From Methanoregula sp. (GTDB lineage: Archaea > Halobacteriota > Methanomicrobia > Methanomicrobiales > Methanospirillaceae), in assembly GCA_028705545.1 (NCBI GenBank), contig JAQWDG010000002.1:4208-38691 (forward strand): a stretch of DNA of 34,484 bases, written 5' to 3'. Each line of letters begins with the position of its first letter. Position 1 is the stretch's first letter. Below, in pieces: positions 26,742-34,484 of the stretch. Under the pieces are notes generated by a model that had not been told where the DNA came from, searched no databases, and saw nothing but the letters and a program-made list of their open reading frames with translations. The translations under genes and the position numbers were made by a program.

Positions 26742-27533
26742 ATGAGTCCGGTGCGGAAATGGGGAATGGGGCCCTATCCTGTCGCGGTCGTCCACGGTGG
26801 CCCGGGAGCTCCGGGTGAGATGGCTGCCGTTGCCCGCGAGCTCTCGTCCGTGAAAGGTATCCTCGAACCGCTCCAGACTGCAACTACTCTGGACGGGCAG
26901 GTCCGGGAGCTCATGCAGGTTCTGGAAAAGGACGGCATGCCCCCGATAACTCTCATAGGCTTTTCGTGGGGTGCGTTCCTTTCCTGGATGGTCGCCGCCC
27001 GGTATCCGGCGCTAATAAAAAAACTGATCCTTGTAGGATGCCCGCCATTCGAGGATCAGTACGCAAAAGCGATCACAAAAACCCGGCTCGACCGGCTCAA
27101 ACCCGGGGAGCGCCGGCAGGCACAGGACCTGATGGCAGCCCTTGAAAACCCGGATGGCCCCCGGGGTGAGGCCGACCGGGACCTCCTTCTCGCACGGCTG
27201 GGTGGCCTGCTCTCCCGTGCAGATACCTGCGATGCGTTTGCGGTCGATAACCAGTCGTTTTACTGCCAGTACGATGTCTTTAAGGGAGTCTGGGACGAGG
27301 CCTGCGAACTACGGAGAGCAAAGATCCTGCTTGCCATGGGCCAGAAGATCACCTGCCCGGTGCTTGCGATCCACGGGGATTACGATCCCCACCCGGCGGA
27401 AGGTGTCGAGGTTCCCCTCGAAAAGAACCTGAATAACTTCCGGTTTGTTCTCCTCCCAAAATGCGGCCATCGCCCGTGGATCGAGCGGAATGCCGCAGAA
27501 GAGTTTTACCGGATCCTTACCGAAGAGATCTGA
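26742..27533 (+). CDS. Alpha/beta fold hydrolase
   Basis: HGGPG oxyanion motif, nucleophile elbow GFSWG, IHGDYD, CGH.PW.E catalytic His. Confidence 0.9.
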   Translation: MSPVRKWGMGPYPVAVVHGGPGAPGEMAAVARELSSVKGILEPLQTATTLDGQVRELMQVLEKDGMPPITLIGFSWGAFLSWMVAARYPALIKKLILVGCPPFEDQYAKAITKTRLDRLKPGERRQAQDLMAALENPDGPRGEADRDLLLARLGGLLSRADTCDAFAVDNQSFYCQYDVFKGVWDEACELRRAKILLAMGQKITCPVLAIHGDYDPHPAEGVEVPLEKNLNNFRFVLLPKCGHRPWIERNAAEEFYRILTEEI

Positions 27534-27670
27534 TTTTTAAAATGAGATGATGGGCCGGATGTAATACTCCCTACCCTCTGACAGCGAAAACGGGCACGCG
27601 CCCCCGGCCCCCTCGCGCCCGGCGGATGGCACCGCTCTACCCGTCTCGCCAGGGGGAAGCGCTGGCAAAA

Positions 27671-29002
27671 CTAACGATTCAGATTTTTCTTCAGCTTCGC
27701 AAGCACCCGTTTCTTCTTTTCAATGGCTGCTTCCGATGCCTTGAGGACGCCTTTCTGCATCTCCTCAAATGCCGGTACATCGGTATCTACTACCTTTTTC
27801 ACCGGTGTATAGGCCGATTCACGGAACCGGGGCTGGAAATCGGTCTCTTTCCCGTTTGATATGAGAACCGATTCCGGTTTTCCTTTCTCCACGTACCCGA
27901 TCTCCCGGCACCCGACACCGGTGGCATTGATGACCCGGATAATTTCCTGTGCGTCTGCCTTTGGTGCGACAATGAGCAGCGCGTCGAGCGAGACGCCGAG
28001 GAAATCGATCTGGAGAGCATCGAGCATCTTCTGCACCCGGGGATTGACAAGCGCCCGTGCTTCCTCTTCACGCACGACCATCCGGCACTGTGCAGTCTCG
28101 GTCATCTCGAAGATATCGCCCCGCAGGCCGCCGTTGGTCACATCGGTCATTGCATGGATTTTGTCAAAGACCGGGCTTTTGATCAGCGTCTCGCAGGTAG
28201 TCAGGAAGTTGAGGTTGATCGTCTCTTCCACAACCTCGGGGAAACCGGAGTAGATAGCCGCTGTCGCAATCGTCCCACCGCCGGCACCCTCAGTCATCAG
28301 GATCGCATCTCCGGGCTGCGTAGATTTCCGGGCGGTCAGGTGGCGGGCCACACCCACGCAGCCCACGCAGCCGGTAAGCCGGCTGCCCAGCACCATGTCC
28401 CCGCCTATCCGCAGTGTCGAACCGGTCACGAGCGGAATATCCATGGCCTCCCCGACCGCGGTGATGCCCGCTGTGTAATCGAAGATCTTTGCCACATCCC
28501 CGTCATCGGCCACGTGGATATCGGAGAAGAGCATCACCGGCTTTGCCCCCATCACGTAGAGGTCGCGGAGCGTTGCCCGGGTCACATGGAACCCGGCAAG
28601 GAAAGGGTAATCGGAGAGCCGGGAGTGCATCCCGTCGACCGTGCAGACAATATAGTCTCCGCCGGCTTTTACCGCCCCGGCATCGTCCATCTCGTCCACG
28701 CCAACCGATGCAGACGTTTTTCCTATGATGCGGGCGATCTGGCGGTGGGCAAAAAAGTCGCCTTTTCCCCGGGAGCCTACCCCGAACTCCCCCATCTTTA
28801 CTCCCGCCGGTTCAAAGGAAAAAAAGTCCCCGGTGAGCCCATTGGTGTTTTTGACTTCCTGCACGACCGCTCGTGCAAAAGCTTCGGTATATTCAGCCCG
28901 GGAATGTTTTATCTCGGTTATCCGCCCGGCAAGGTTCTGGATTACTGCCTCTTCAGCCTCGCCGGCCGCGAGGTGTACGCGGGCATACTCCTCAACATCC
29001 AT
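27671..29002 (-). CDS. AIR synthase-related protein (PurM/HypE/ThiL/SelD superfamily, archaeal type)
   Basis: GVGSRG.GDF, DDAG, VDGMHSRLS, RDLYVMGAKP, GSTLRIGGD, AMTDVTNGGLRGD; about 440 aa with an N-terminal extension. Confidence 0.8.
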   Translation of the reverse strand: MDVEEYARVHLAAGEAEEAVIQNLAGRITEIKHSRAEYTEAFARAVVQEVKNTNGLTGDFFSFEPAGVKMGEFGVGSRGKGDFFAHRQIARIIGKTSASVGVDEMDDAGAVKAGGDYIVCTVDGMHSRLSDYPFLAGFHVTRATLRDLYVMGAKPVMLFSDIHVADDGDVAKIFDYTAGITAVGEAMDIPLVTGSTLRIGGDMVLGSRLTGCVGCVGVARHLTARKSTQPGDAILMTEGAGGGTIATAAIYSGFPEVVEETINLNFLTTCETLIKSPVFDKIHAMTDVTNGGLRGDIFEMTETAQCRMVVREEEARALVNPRVQKMLDALQIDFLGVSLDALLIVAPKADAQEIIRVINATGVGCREIGYVEKGKPESVLISNGKETDFQPRFRESAYTPVKKVVDTDVPAFEEMQKGVLKASEAAIEKKKRVLAKLKKNLNR

Positions 29003-29061
29003 ATAATCCGTATTCGCACCGGGGCAATAAATAACGAGGGGGTTTTTGAGAGGCTGCCCCG

Positions 29062-30006
29062 CTAACGGCGCAGGATCTCCAGCACTTCTGCAAACGTGCG
29101 CTGCGCCTCATCGAACCGCTTCTCCCTGAGCTGGGCAAACCCCCGGGCGATACCGCCCCGGACATCCTTGATATCGATATAATATGCCTGGTCAAAGGCC
29201 CTGCCCGATTCCCGGAACCTCCCCAGGGAAAAACAGGAGTTGCTCAATACCACCCAGGCATCGGCGTTTGTCGGGTCGCCCTCAAGGGAATCCCTGAGGC
29301 ATGCAACTGCATCCTCGTGCCTGCTGAGCATGGAAAGGGCGCTCCCTTTCCGGTAGAGCGCACGGGGATTATCGGGCTGGAGTGAAAGCGCCTTTTCAAG
29401 TGGGAGAAGCGCATCCTCGTACCTTCTCTGGTTAATCCGTGCGATCCCCTTGTTGAGGTGGGCAGAAAAATAAAACGGGAAGATCTTTAACGCCCGGTCA
29501 TAACAGGCGATCTCTTCCTCGTAGTGCCGCAGTTTCCCGAGCGCATACCCCTTGTTCACCCATGCCGAAAGGTATCGTGCCCGTAAGGAGATTGCCCTCT
29601 CGCAGCACTCGATCTCCTCAGTATATCTCCCGAGCATCCCAAGGGCGACGCCTTTGTTGTTCCATGCAACCGCATTTTCGGGATCGAGGGCAATCGCGCT
29701 GTCGCAACAGGCGGCCTTCTCTTCGAACCGCTTGAGTTTCCCGAGGGCAAATCCCTTGTAATTCCAGGCTTCGGTACAGGCCGGGTCGAGGGCGAGGGCC
29801 TTGTCGCAGCACTCTATCTCTTCCTCGTATCTTCCCAGTTTACCCAGGGCAAAACCCTTCCCCGCCCATGCAGATGCCGAATCCGGGTTTATAGAAAGGG
29901 CATGGTCGAACGAGACCAGTGCATCGTCATGTCGCCCGTCCCTGCCATCTTCTAGGCCTTTCCTGCAGAATTCAGCTGCAGATCCGCCGGAATCGTGATC
30001 TGTCAT
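29062..30006 (-). CDS. Tetratricopeptide repeat protein
   Basis: About 8 repeats of 34 aa (AW..KG.ALG.L.RYEE.I.C.D.AL..DP). Confidence 0.92.
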   Translation of the reverse strand: MTDHDSGGSAAEFCRKGLEDGRDGRHDDALVSFDHALSINPDSASAWAGKGFALGKLGRYEEEIECCDKALALDPACTEAWNYKGFALGKLKRFEEKAACCDSAIALDPENAVAWNNKGVALGMLGRYTEEIECCERAISLRARYLSAWVNKGYALGKLRHYEEEIACYDRALKIFPFYFSAHLNKGIARINQRRYEDALLPLEKALSLQPDNPRALYRKGSALSMLSRHEDAVACLRDSLEGDPTNADAWVVLSNSCFSLGRFRESGRAFDQAYYIDIKDVRGGIARGFAQLREKRFDEAQRTFAEVLEILRR

Positions 30007-30159
30007 ACCGGAATACCCTGTTTGTCATGCCCCTTTTCGGCAACTGGATGTGCCTCAGGGAAATATCCCGAAAATCCCACACTTTTTTAGTAATGGCGGT
30101 TATCGGTTTTAAAATATACCTGATTTCCGGTAGTACCTTTCCCTGTCGTCTGGGTTACG

Positions 30160-30630
30160 TTATTCGATACGGTAGCCGTGCGATGTAAGGAACTCCGCAC
30201 GGCGTTCTTCTGCATCCGGGCACGATTCGGGGATCTCTTTTTCGGCCCTCTCCCAGAGTGCCCGGAGCTGTGCGTTTTCCGAATGCAGGTTGAGGGTCCC
30301 GGTGACCGTTCCGCAAAACTTCTCGTCAGGATCGGAGATCCGCATAACCACGCACCGGTAAAACTTGCACTGGGCCGGGCTGTCGCGGTGGATGGTGCAT
30401 CTCAACAGATTTCCCTCGGGACGGAGGAACCGGCAGGCGTGTGGGTGCGTATCGGGAAATGCAGGGTCTGAAAAGATCTCCTGTTTGTCCTCGTCGACAC
30501 ATGCGGTAAAAGGGGTTCCGGTCGAGACGGATTCGCAGGCAAATTCAAAAGGCCCGAGCTGGCGCTCGATGACAATGTAGTCCCCGAGATGCATGCAGCA
30601 TTCTCCGCACTGCCGGCAGCTAAATACCAT
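30160..30630 (-). CDS. YkgJ-family cysteine-cluster (Fe-S/Zn) protein
   Basis: F.CRQCGECC, CRFL, CTIH..SP..C..Y.C. Confidence 0.85.
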   Translation of the reverse strand: MVFSCRQCGECCMHLGDYIVIERQLGPFEFACESVSTGTPFTACVDEDKQEIFSDPAFPDTHPHACRFLRPEGNLLRCTIHRDSPAQCKFYRCVVMRISDPDEKFCGTVTGTLNLHSENAQLRALWERAEKEIPESCPDAEERRAEFLTSHGYRIE

Positions 30631-30739
30631 TGGTTCATTCCCGTAAGGTATCGGCGGTCCAGAGATGGATCTGGCAGGCAGGTGACCGCTGTTCCTTTGT
30701 ATACCCGGTTTTTATTTTTTCATCAGATAAACGCGTCGG

Positions 30740-31369
30740 TTATTGGATCTTATCTGCCGCAGCCTGCGCCAGGGTCTTGAGGGTTTCGTAATCCGTTGTC
30801 GTTCCCCCCATGGTCAGTTCCTCGTACACGTTCTTTTTGGTAAACATGATCGTATAGGTCGAAGAGAACGGATCGGTAGTGGGCTTCCTGAATGCATAGG
30901 TATGCTCGCCAAGGACCGGGCAGGGCAGCTCGTAGAGGGTATCCCCCGTATCGTTCTCTGTGACGACCGCCTCCTTTTTTATACTAAATACAAGGTTCAT
31001 GTTTTCCCGGGAGTAGAGGCCGATGACCTGCCTGAACCCGGTCAGGTCGTCTTTTGCCTTATTCATACGGTAATAGGCGACCATGTATCCGCCCCGCCAT
31101 CCCTGGTCGCGGAGCACCTGGTCTGTCTCGCTGTAGGTGAGATCGGTACGCTCCTTGAGGATATAGTCTGCCGGCATATCGGCAGGTTCGAGGGCCAATG
31201 CAGAGGTCATGGTTATCGCGGAGGGGGTAGTTGTCGCGGGTACAACCGTCGGCTCAGGGGTAACCGTCGGGGTCGGCGTGACCGGGTCGGGAAAAATGGC
31301 GGAAAGGCACCCGGCACCCGCAAGTGCCGCTGCAAGGATTACACAGAGAACACCTGCTCCGGCATGCAT
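30740..31369 (-). CDS. Hypothetical lipoprotein with Pro/Thr linker
   Basis: Hydrophobic leader ending AGAGC, then PVTPTPTVTPEPT, then a globular domain. Confidence 0.75.
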   Translation of the reverse strand: MHAGAGVLCVILAAALAGAGCLSAIFPDPVTPTPTVTPEPTVVPATTTPSAITMTSALALEPADMPADYILKERTDLTYSETDQVLRDQGWRGGYMVAYYRMNKAKDDLTGFRQVIGLYSRENMNLVFSIKKEAVVTENDTGDTLYELPCPVLGEHTYAFRKPTTDPFSSTYTIMFTKKNVYEELTMGGTTTDYETLKTLAQAAADKIQ

Positions 31370-31520
31370 ACCCTAGGGTTGATAATGGAAAGGTAAAATG
31401 TTTCTCGTCGGGAAAACCGGTATGCCCGGATACCTTATGAATTGCATAACCCGCCCGGGGAGAAAATGGCACAAACACTTTATCAGCGACCGCCCCATCC
31501 CCCATAAAGAAGGACTGTTC

Positions 31521-31970
31521 ATGCCATCAGGTACAATTGCGATGCTTAACGTGGATCATCATATCCATATCATCCCTGTGGGAAGAGTACAGCAGCTGAG
31601 TATCGAGCATTCAGCGATCAAAAAAATTGAGAACGAAAAATTTGAGTTTGCATGCATTCTCCGGCTTTCCGTGGAGGGCGAAGCCCATCCGCTCGAAGAC
31701 GTGATCCGGCTCACCTTTGCGGCTGCACGCCTGCCTGGTTCTCAGATGATGACCGAGCTGACCTTTATCCAGAACCATATAATAAAGGAGATCTTCGACT
31801 GGGCATTGTCCGGCGAACTGTCTGCCTGTTCCTCCGATGATCCCCTCGCAAAAGAGTGCGGCATTGCCCTTTCATCCGTCATCATAAGGGAAATGCTTGC
31901 ATCAAAGACCTTAAAAGACGTGCTCGAACGCCATGGTGCCCTGCCGGAATCCATGACAATGACACATTAA
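31521..31970 (+). CDS. Hypothetical protein
   Basis: 149-aa ORF; ATG 31521 follows AGAAGGA; fills the gap between neighbouring genes. Confidence 0.65.
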   Translation: MPSGTIAMLNVDHHIHIIPVGRVQQLSIEHSAIKKIENEKFEFACILRLSVEGEAHPLEDVIRLTFAAARLPGSQMMTELTFIQNHIIKEIFDWALSGELSACSSDDPLAKECGIALSSVIIREMLASKTLKDVLERHGALPESMTMTH

Positions 31971-32071
31971 CTCCGTGGCCACAAAGGTAATGTTCTTATT
32001 GGTGCTAATATCTATCTCGCGGCAGATATCCCCCCGTTAACGAACCTGTACGGGGGAGGAAGTTTTACAGT

Positions 32072-33697
32072 ATGGACGATCCAGCGTTACAAGGCGACGA
32101 ACAGATACTTATCCGGACTCGTGGAGTCCACGTAAAATCGATCTCCTTTGAGGGGATCCTGACCACCAAGCGCATTATCCTGGTGGATCGCATCAAAGGC
32201 GTCCTGCCCCCAAAGGAGATCCCGCTCTCCACGATCCAGTCCGTTGAAGTCGGGGAGAATGCGATCCGGGACCAGGTACTTTCGCTCGGGGTGATCACAC
32301 GGACCGGCGGGGCACGCCAGATGGTGCTCACGTTCTCCCGGGAGGGAGGAGGGAACCGGGCAAAGGAACGCGATGAATGGGCACGACTGATCCAGGCGCA
32401 CCTGGCCCCATCGTTTGAAGAGGATTCCGACAAGGCGATCCCGGAAGGCGGTTACACATCCGCAGCCCTGTCCCGGAACCGTCCCCCGCAGCATGAGACC
32501 TATGCGGCTGGTACGCCGGCGAACTTCCCCTCTCCGGTACAGTCCCGTGCCGAACCCCCGGCTGCCATGCCGGCTCCTGCCCCGGCACCGCAGGAAGAAA
32601 CCATCCTTGGGACATATTGTACCAAGTGCGGTACGAAGGTTCCCGAAGGTTCGGCGTTCTGCAATAAATGCGGGATGCGTATCGTAAGGCCGGGCGAGGT
32701 TCCGCCGGCTGCTGCCCCGGTTTCCGCAGCAGCCCCCGTTTCCCCGGCCCAGCCTGTACAGAAAGGTCGCCCGATCGAGCGGGATATGCAGACAGTCGAG
32801 CCATTGTTCGACAGGTCGACGACCTCTGTTCCACGGGACCCCCTGCGAACCGCCCCGCAGGCGCCGCCCGCCCGGCCGTACACGGCCCCAACGCCAGTCG
32901 CCGCTCCCCCGTCCCAGCCGGCAGCGCATGTGGCTCCTGCACCGGCAAAGAAGGAGAAGAAGCGGTTCATGCCAAAACTCTTCTCTCCAAAAGACCTGCC
33001 CCCTACACCGCTGGTGCCGGCGTCCATGCCATCAGCTCCAATGCCCCCCGCACCTAAAAAGCCGTCGAATAAAAAGAAGATCCTGCTTGTGGCAGGCATT
33101 GTGATCGTACTTCTTGTGGTTGTTGTCGGTGTTGTTGTCGTCCTGCCAAAGACCGGGCTGCTCACGAGCCTCTTCCACAGTCCGGGCAGCAGCTCATCGG
33201 GTGCATCAGCCACGACCACTACCTCAACGACTGCGTCATCGACTGGTTCCACTGCAGTAGTGGCCGCAACACTGACGCCGGTCTCCATTCCCCAGAATGG
33301 CGTGTACGTGTACGTGAATTATATGGGTGGCTGGAAAGGCACCTATGGAACATCGGACGAACCCCTCAAGGCCACTAACTCCGGTGAACGTATCATGGAA
33401 GTGGTGAATGGAACCGGTACTGTTACCGCTTCGTTCTCGAAGCAGGATGGATCCAGCCATGATATTACCGTCACGATCTACAAAGACGGCAAGTCGCTTA
33501 CTAGCGGGACCACCACTGCAGCGAAGGGCATGGTAACGCTTTCCGTGGATACAACCACCGGTGTTGCACAGGAGCCGGTGGTCAGCGGAGGGAATGTTGC
33601 AGCTGCCGTGACAACAACTGCTGCCGCGGCAAATACTACGGCAACGACCACGGCAAGTGCTACGGCTAACGTTACGGCAACAAAAACAACGTCGTAA
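32072..33697 (+). CDS. Bitopic membrane protein: PH-like N-domain, double-CxxC zinc ribbon, Pro-rich linker, TM helix, extracellular Ser/Thr-rich beta domain
   Basis: GILTTKRIILVD..EIPL..I (PH-like), YCTKCG...FCNKCG, KKKILLVAGIVIVLLVVVVGVVVVLP, Thr-rich tail. Confidence 0.85.
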   Translation: MDDPALQGDEQILIRTRGVHVKSISFEGILTTKRIILVDRIKGVLPPKEIPLSTIQSVEVGENAIRDQVLSLGVITRTGGARQMVLTFSREGGGNRAKERDEWARLIQAHLAPSFEEDSDKAIPEGGYTSAALSRNRPPQHETYAAGTPANFPSPVQSRAEPPAAMPAPAPAPQEETILGTYCTKCGTKVPEGSAFCNKCGMRIVRPGEVPPAAAPVSAAAPVSPAQPVQKGRPIERDMQTVEPLFDRSTTSVPRDPLRTAPQAPPARPYTAPTPVAAPPSQPAAHVAPAPAKKEKKRFMPKLFSPKDLPPTPLVPASMPSAPMPPAPKKPSNKKKILLVAGIVIVLLVVVVGVVVVLPKTGLLTSLFHSPGSSSSGASATTTTSTTASSTGSTAVVAATLTPVSIPQNGVYVYVNYMGGWKGTYGTSDEPLKATNSGERIMEVVNGTGTVTASFSKQDGSSHDITVTIYKDGKSLTSGTTTAAKGMVTLSVDTTTGVAQEPVVSGGNVAAAVTTTAAAANTTATTTASATANVTATKTTS

Positions 33698-33873
33698 TAA
33701 AATCTCTCTGGAATCCATCTGTTTTTCTTTTTTATCCCAGCGCATCCTTGAGAAGCGCGACCTCCCAGAAAACCCTTGAAACGGTTTAATCCTTTTGTGT
33801 GCAAATTGCCCGGATATTCAGGATTAGAGGTATTTCCGGTTAATTGCCAGAATTGGCAGATAGAAAAAAGGGG

Positions 33874-34482
33874 TTATCCATGTTTCTCTTCAACTGAGAC
33901 CGGTGCAGCCGGTTTTTTCCCTTTCCTCCATCGGTAGATCCCGTATGCTGCCCCGCCGATGACAAGGAGCGGGATGATGGTGAAAATGAGGATAATCAGC
34001 GCATCGATCATTCCAAGGAACCCACCAATCCCCTCATTGATTGCCGCGACAAAACTGTGGCCGGACTCCCCGCCGACTGGCTCCGGTTCCTGGAGGTTTA
34101 CCGTGATGGTGGACAGGTCGATACGGTTATTGAGGTATTTCAGCCGTCCCTCAAGCCGATCGAGTTCGGTCTGGACCCGGTCTATCTGCTTCTGGACGGT
34201 AATGACATCCTCTACCTTCTCTGCCTTTTTCATAATGGCATTGTACTGTGCCAGCTGGTTCTGGTAGGACGTTTTCTGTGCAGCCAGATCGGTGTATTCT
34301 TCGGTAACATCGCTGCTCTGGACCGAGACGGATTTTACTGTCCCGATACCCTTTATCCCGGCCAGCGTATCGTCAAAAGCGGCAGCAGGAATGCGGAGAA
34401 CAACGGTTCCGTAATAACGGTTGGTGCCTGTTTTCTGGATACTCGTTGAGGTGAGGTATCCGCCTTTTCCTGCGGCAAGGCT
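33874..34482 (-). CDS. DUF4349-domain membrane-anchored protein (5'-truncated by window edge)
   Basis: The frame stays open to the window end: GGYL...LRIPA..FD..L..I..IG......SSDVTEEY.DL...IDRVQTELDRLEGRLKYL....DLSTITV.L.E, plus a C-terminal TM. Confidence 0.85.
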   Translation of the reverse strand, partial: SLAAGKGGYLTSTSIQKTGTNRYYGTVVLRIPAAAFDDTLAGIKGIGTVKSVSVQSSDVTEEYTDLAAQKTSYQNQLAQYNAIMKKAEKVEDVITVQKQIDRVQTELDRLEGRLKYLNNRIDLSTITVNLQEPEPVGGESGHSFVAAINEGIGGFLGMIDALIILIFTIIPLLVIGGAAYGIYRWRKGKKPAAPVSVEEKHG

Positions 34483-34484
34483 CT

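Noticed and set aside
27671-29002. HypE hydrogenase maturase or SelD for the adjacent complex
   Set aside because: It has no C-terminal PRIC motif of HypE and no N-terminal Cys/Sec-x-x-Lys motif of SelD; only superfamily membership is supported.
29500-29870. About 102-bp periodic DNA similarity
   Set aside because: Reflects the 34-aa TPR repeats of the encoded protein.

Overview
This is an archaeal chromosomal window, most likely from a Methanomicrobiales methanogen (Methanoregula-like, judged from gene content). GC is roughly 55-60% by eye. The left half is mostly core metabolism: a partial alanine dehydrogenase/ornithine cyclodeaminase-family gene, tetraether lipid synthase (tes) divergent from carS-pyrE-purD-argF, methanogenesis marker 14 with a small partner gene, argG, carAB, and a glutaredoxin paired with a ferredoxin:disulfide reductase. 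The middle (about 14.8-19.4 kb) is accessory: a very AT-rich orphan membrane-protein gene, a frameshifted HEAT-repeat gene, a Cys-rich thioredoxin-fold gene, a beta-carbonic anhydrase and a start-disrupted GNAT gene. It also holds a roughly 0.5 kb non-coding element made of phased A-tracts, eight GGTC-N5-GACC palindromes (pairs and a triplet spaced 26 bp apart), a diverged duplication with 222-bp offset and ORB-like boxes. Next comes a six-gene Hyf/Ehr-type (complex I/group-4 hydrogenase-related) membrane complex. Its large subunit lacks the NiFe ligands, as expected for Ehr. Its small subunit has also lost all four canonical [4Fe-4S] cysteines (now D/A/D/N), while the ion-translocating subunits look intact. 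This apparently redox-cofactor-free complex is the most novel-looking system here. The right end holds an alpha/beta hydrolase, an AIR-synthase-related protein, TPR, YkgJ, lipoprotein and zinc-ribbon membrane-protein genes and a partial DUF4349 gene. All calls come from motif recognition only; no database searches were run.
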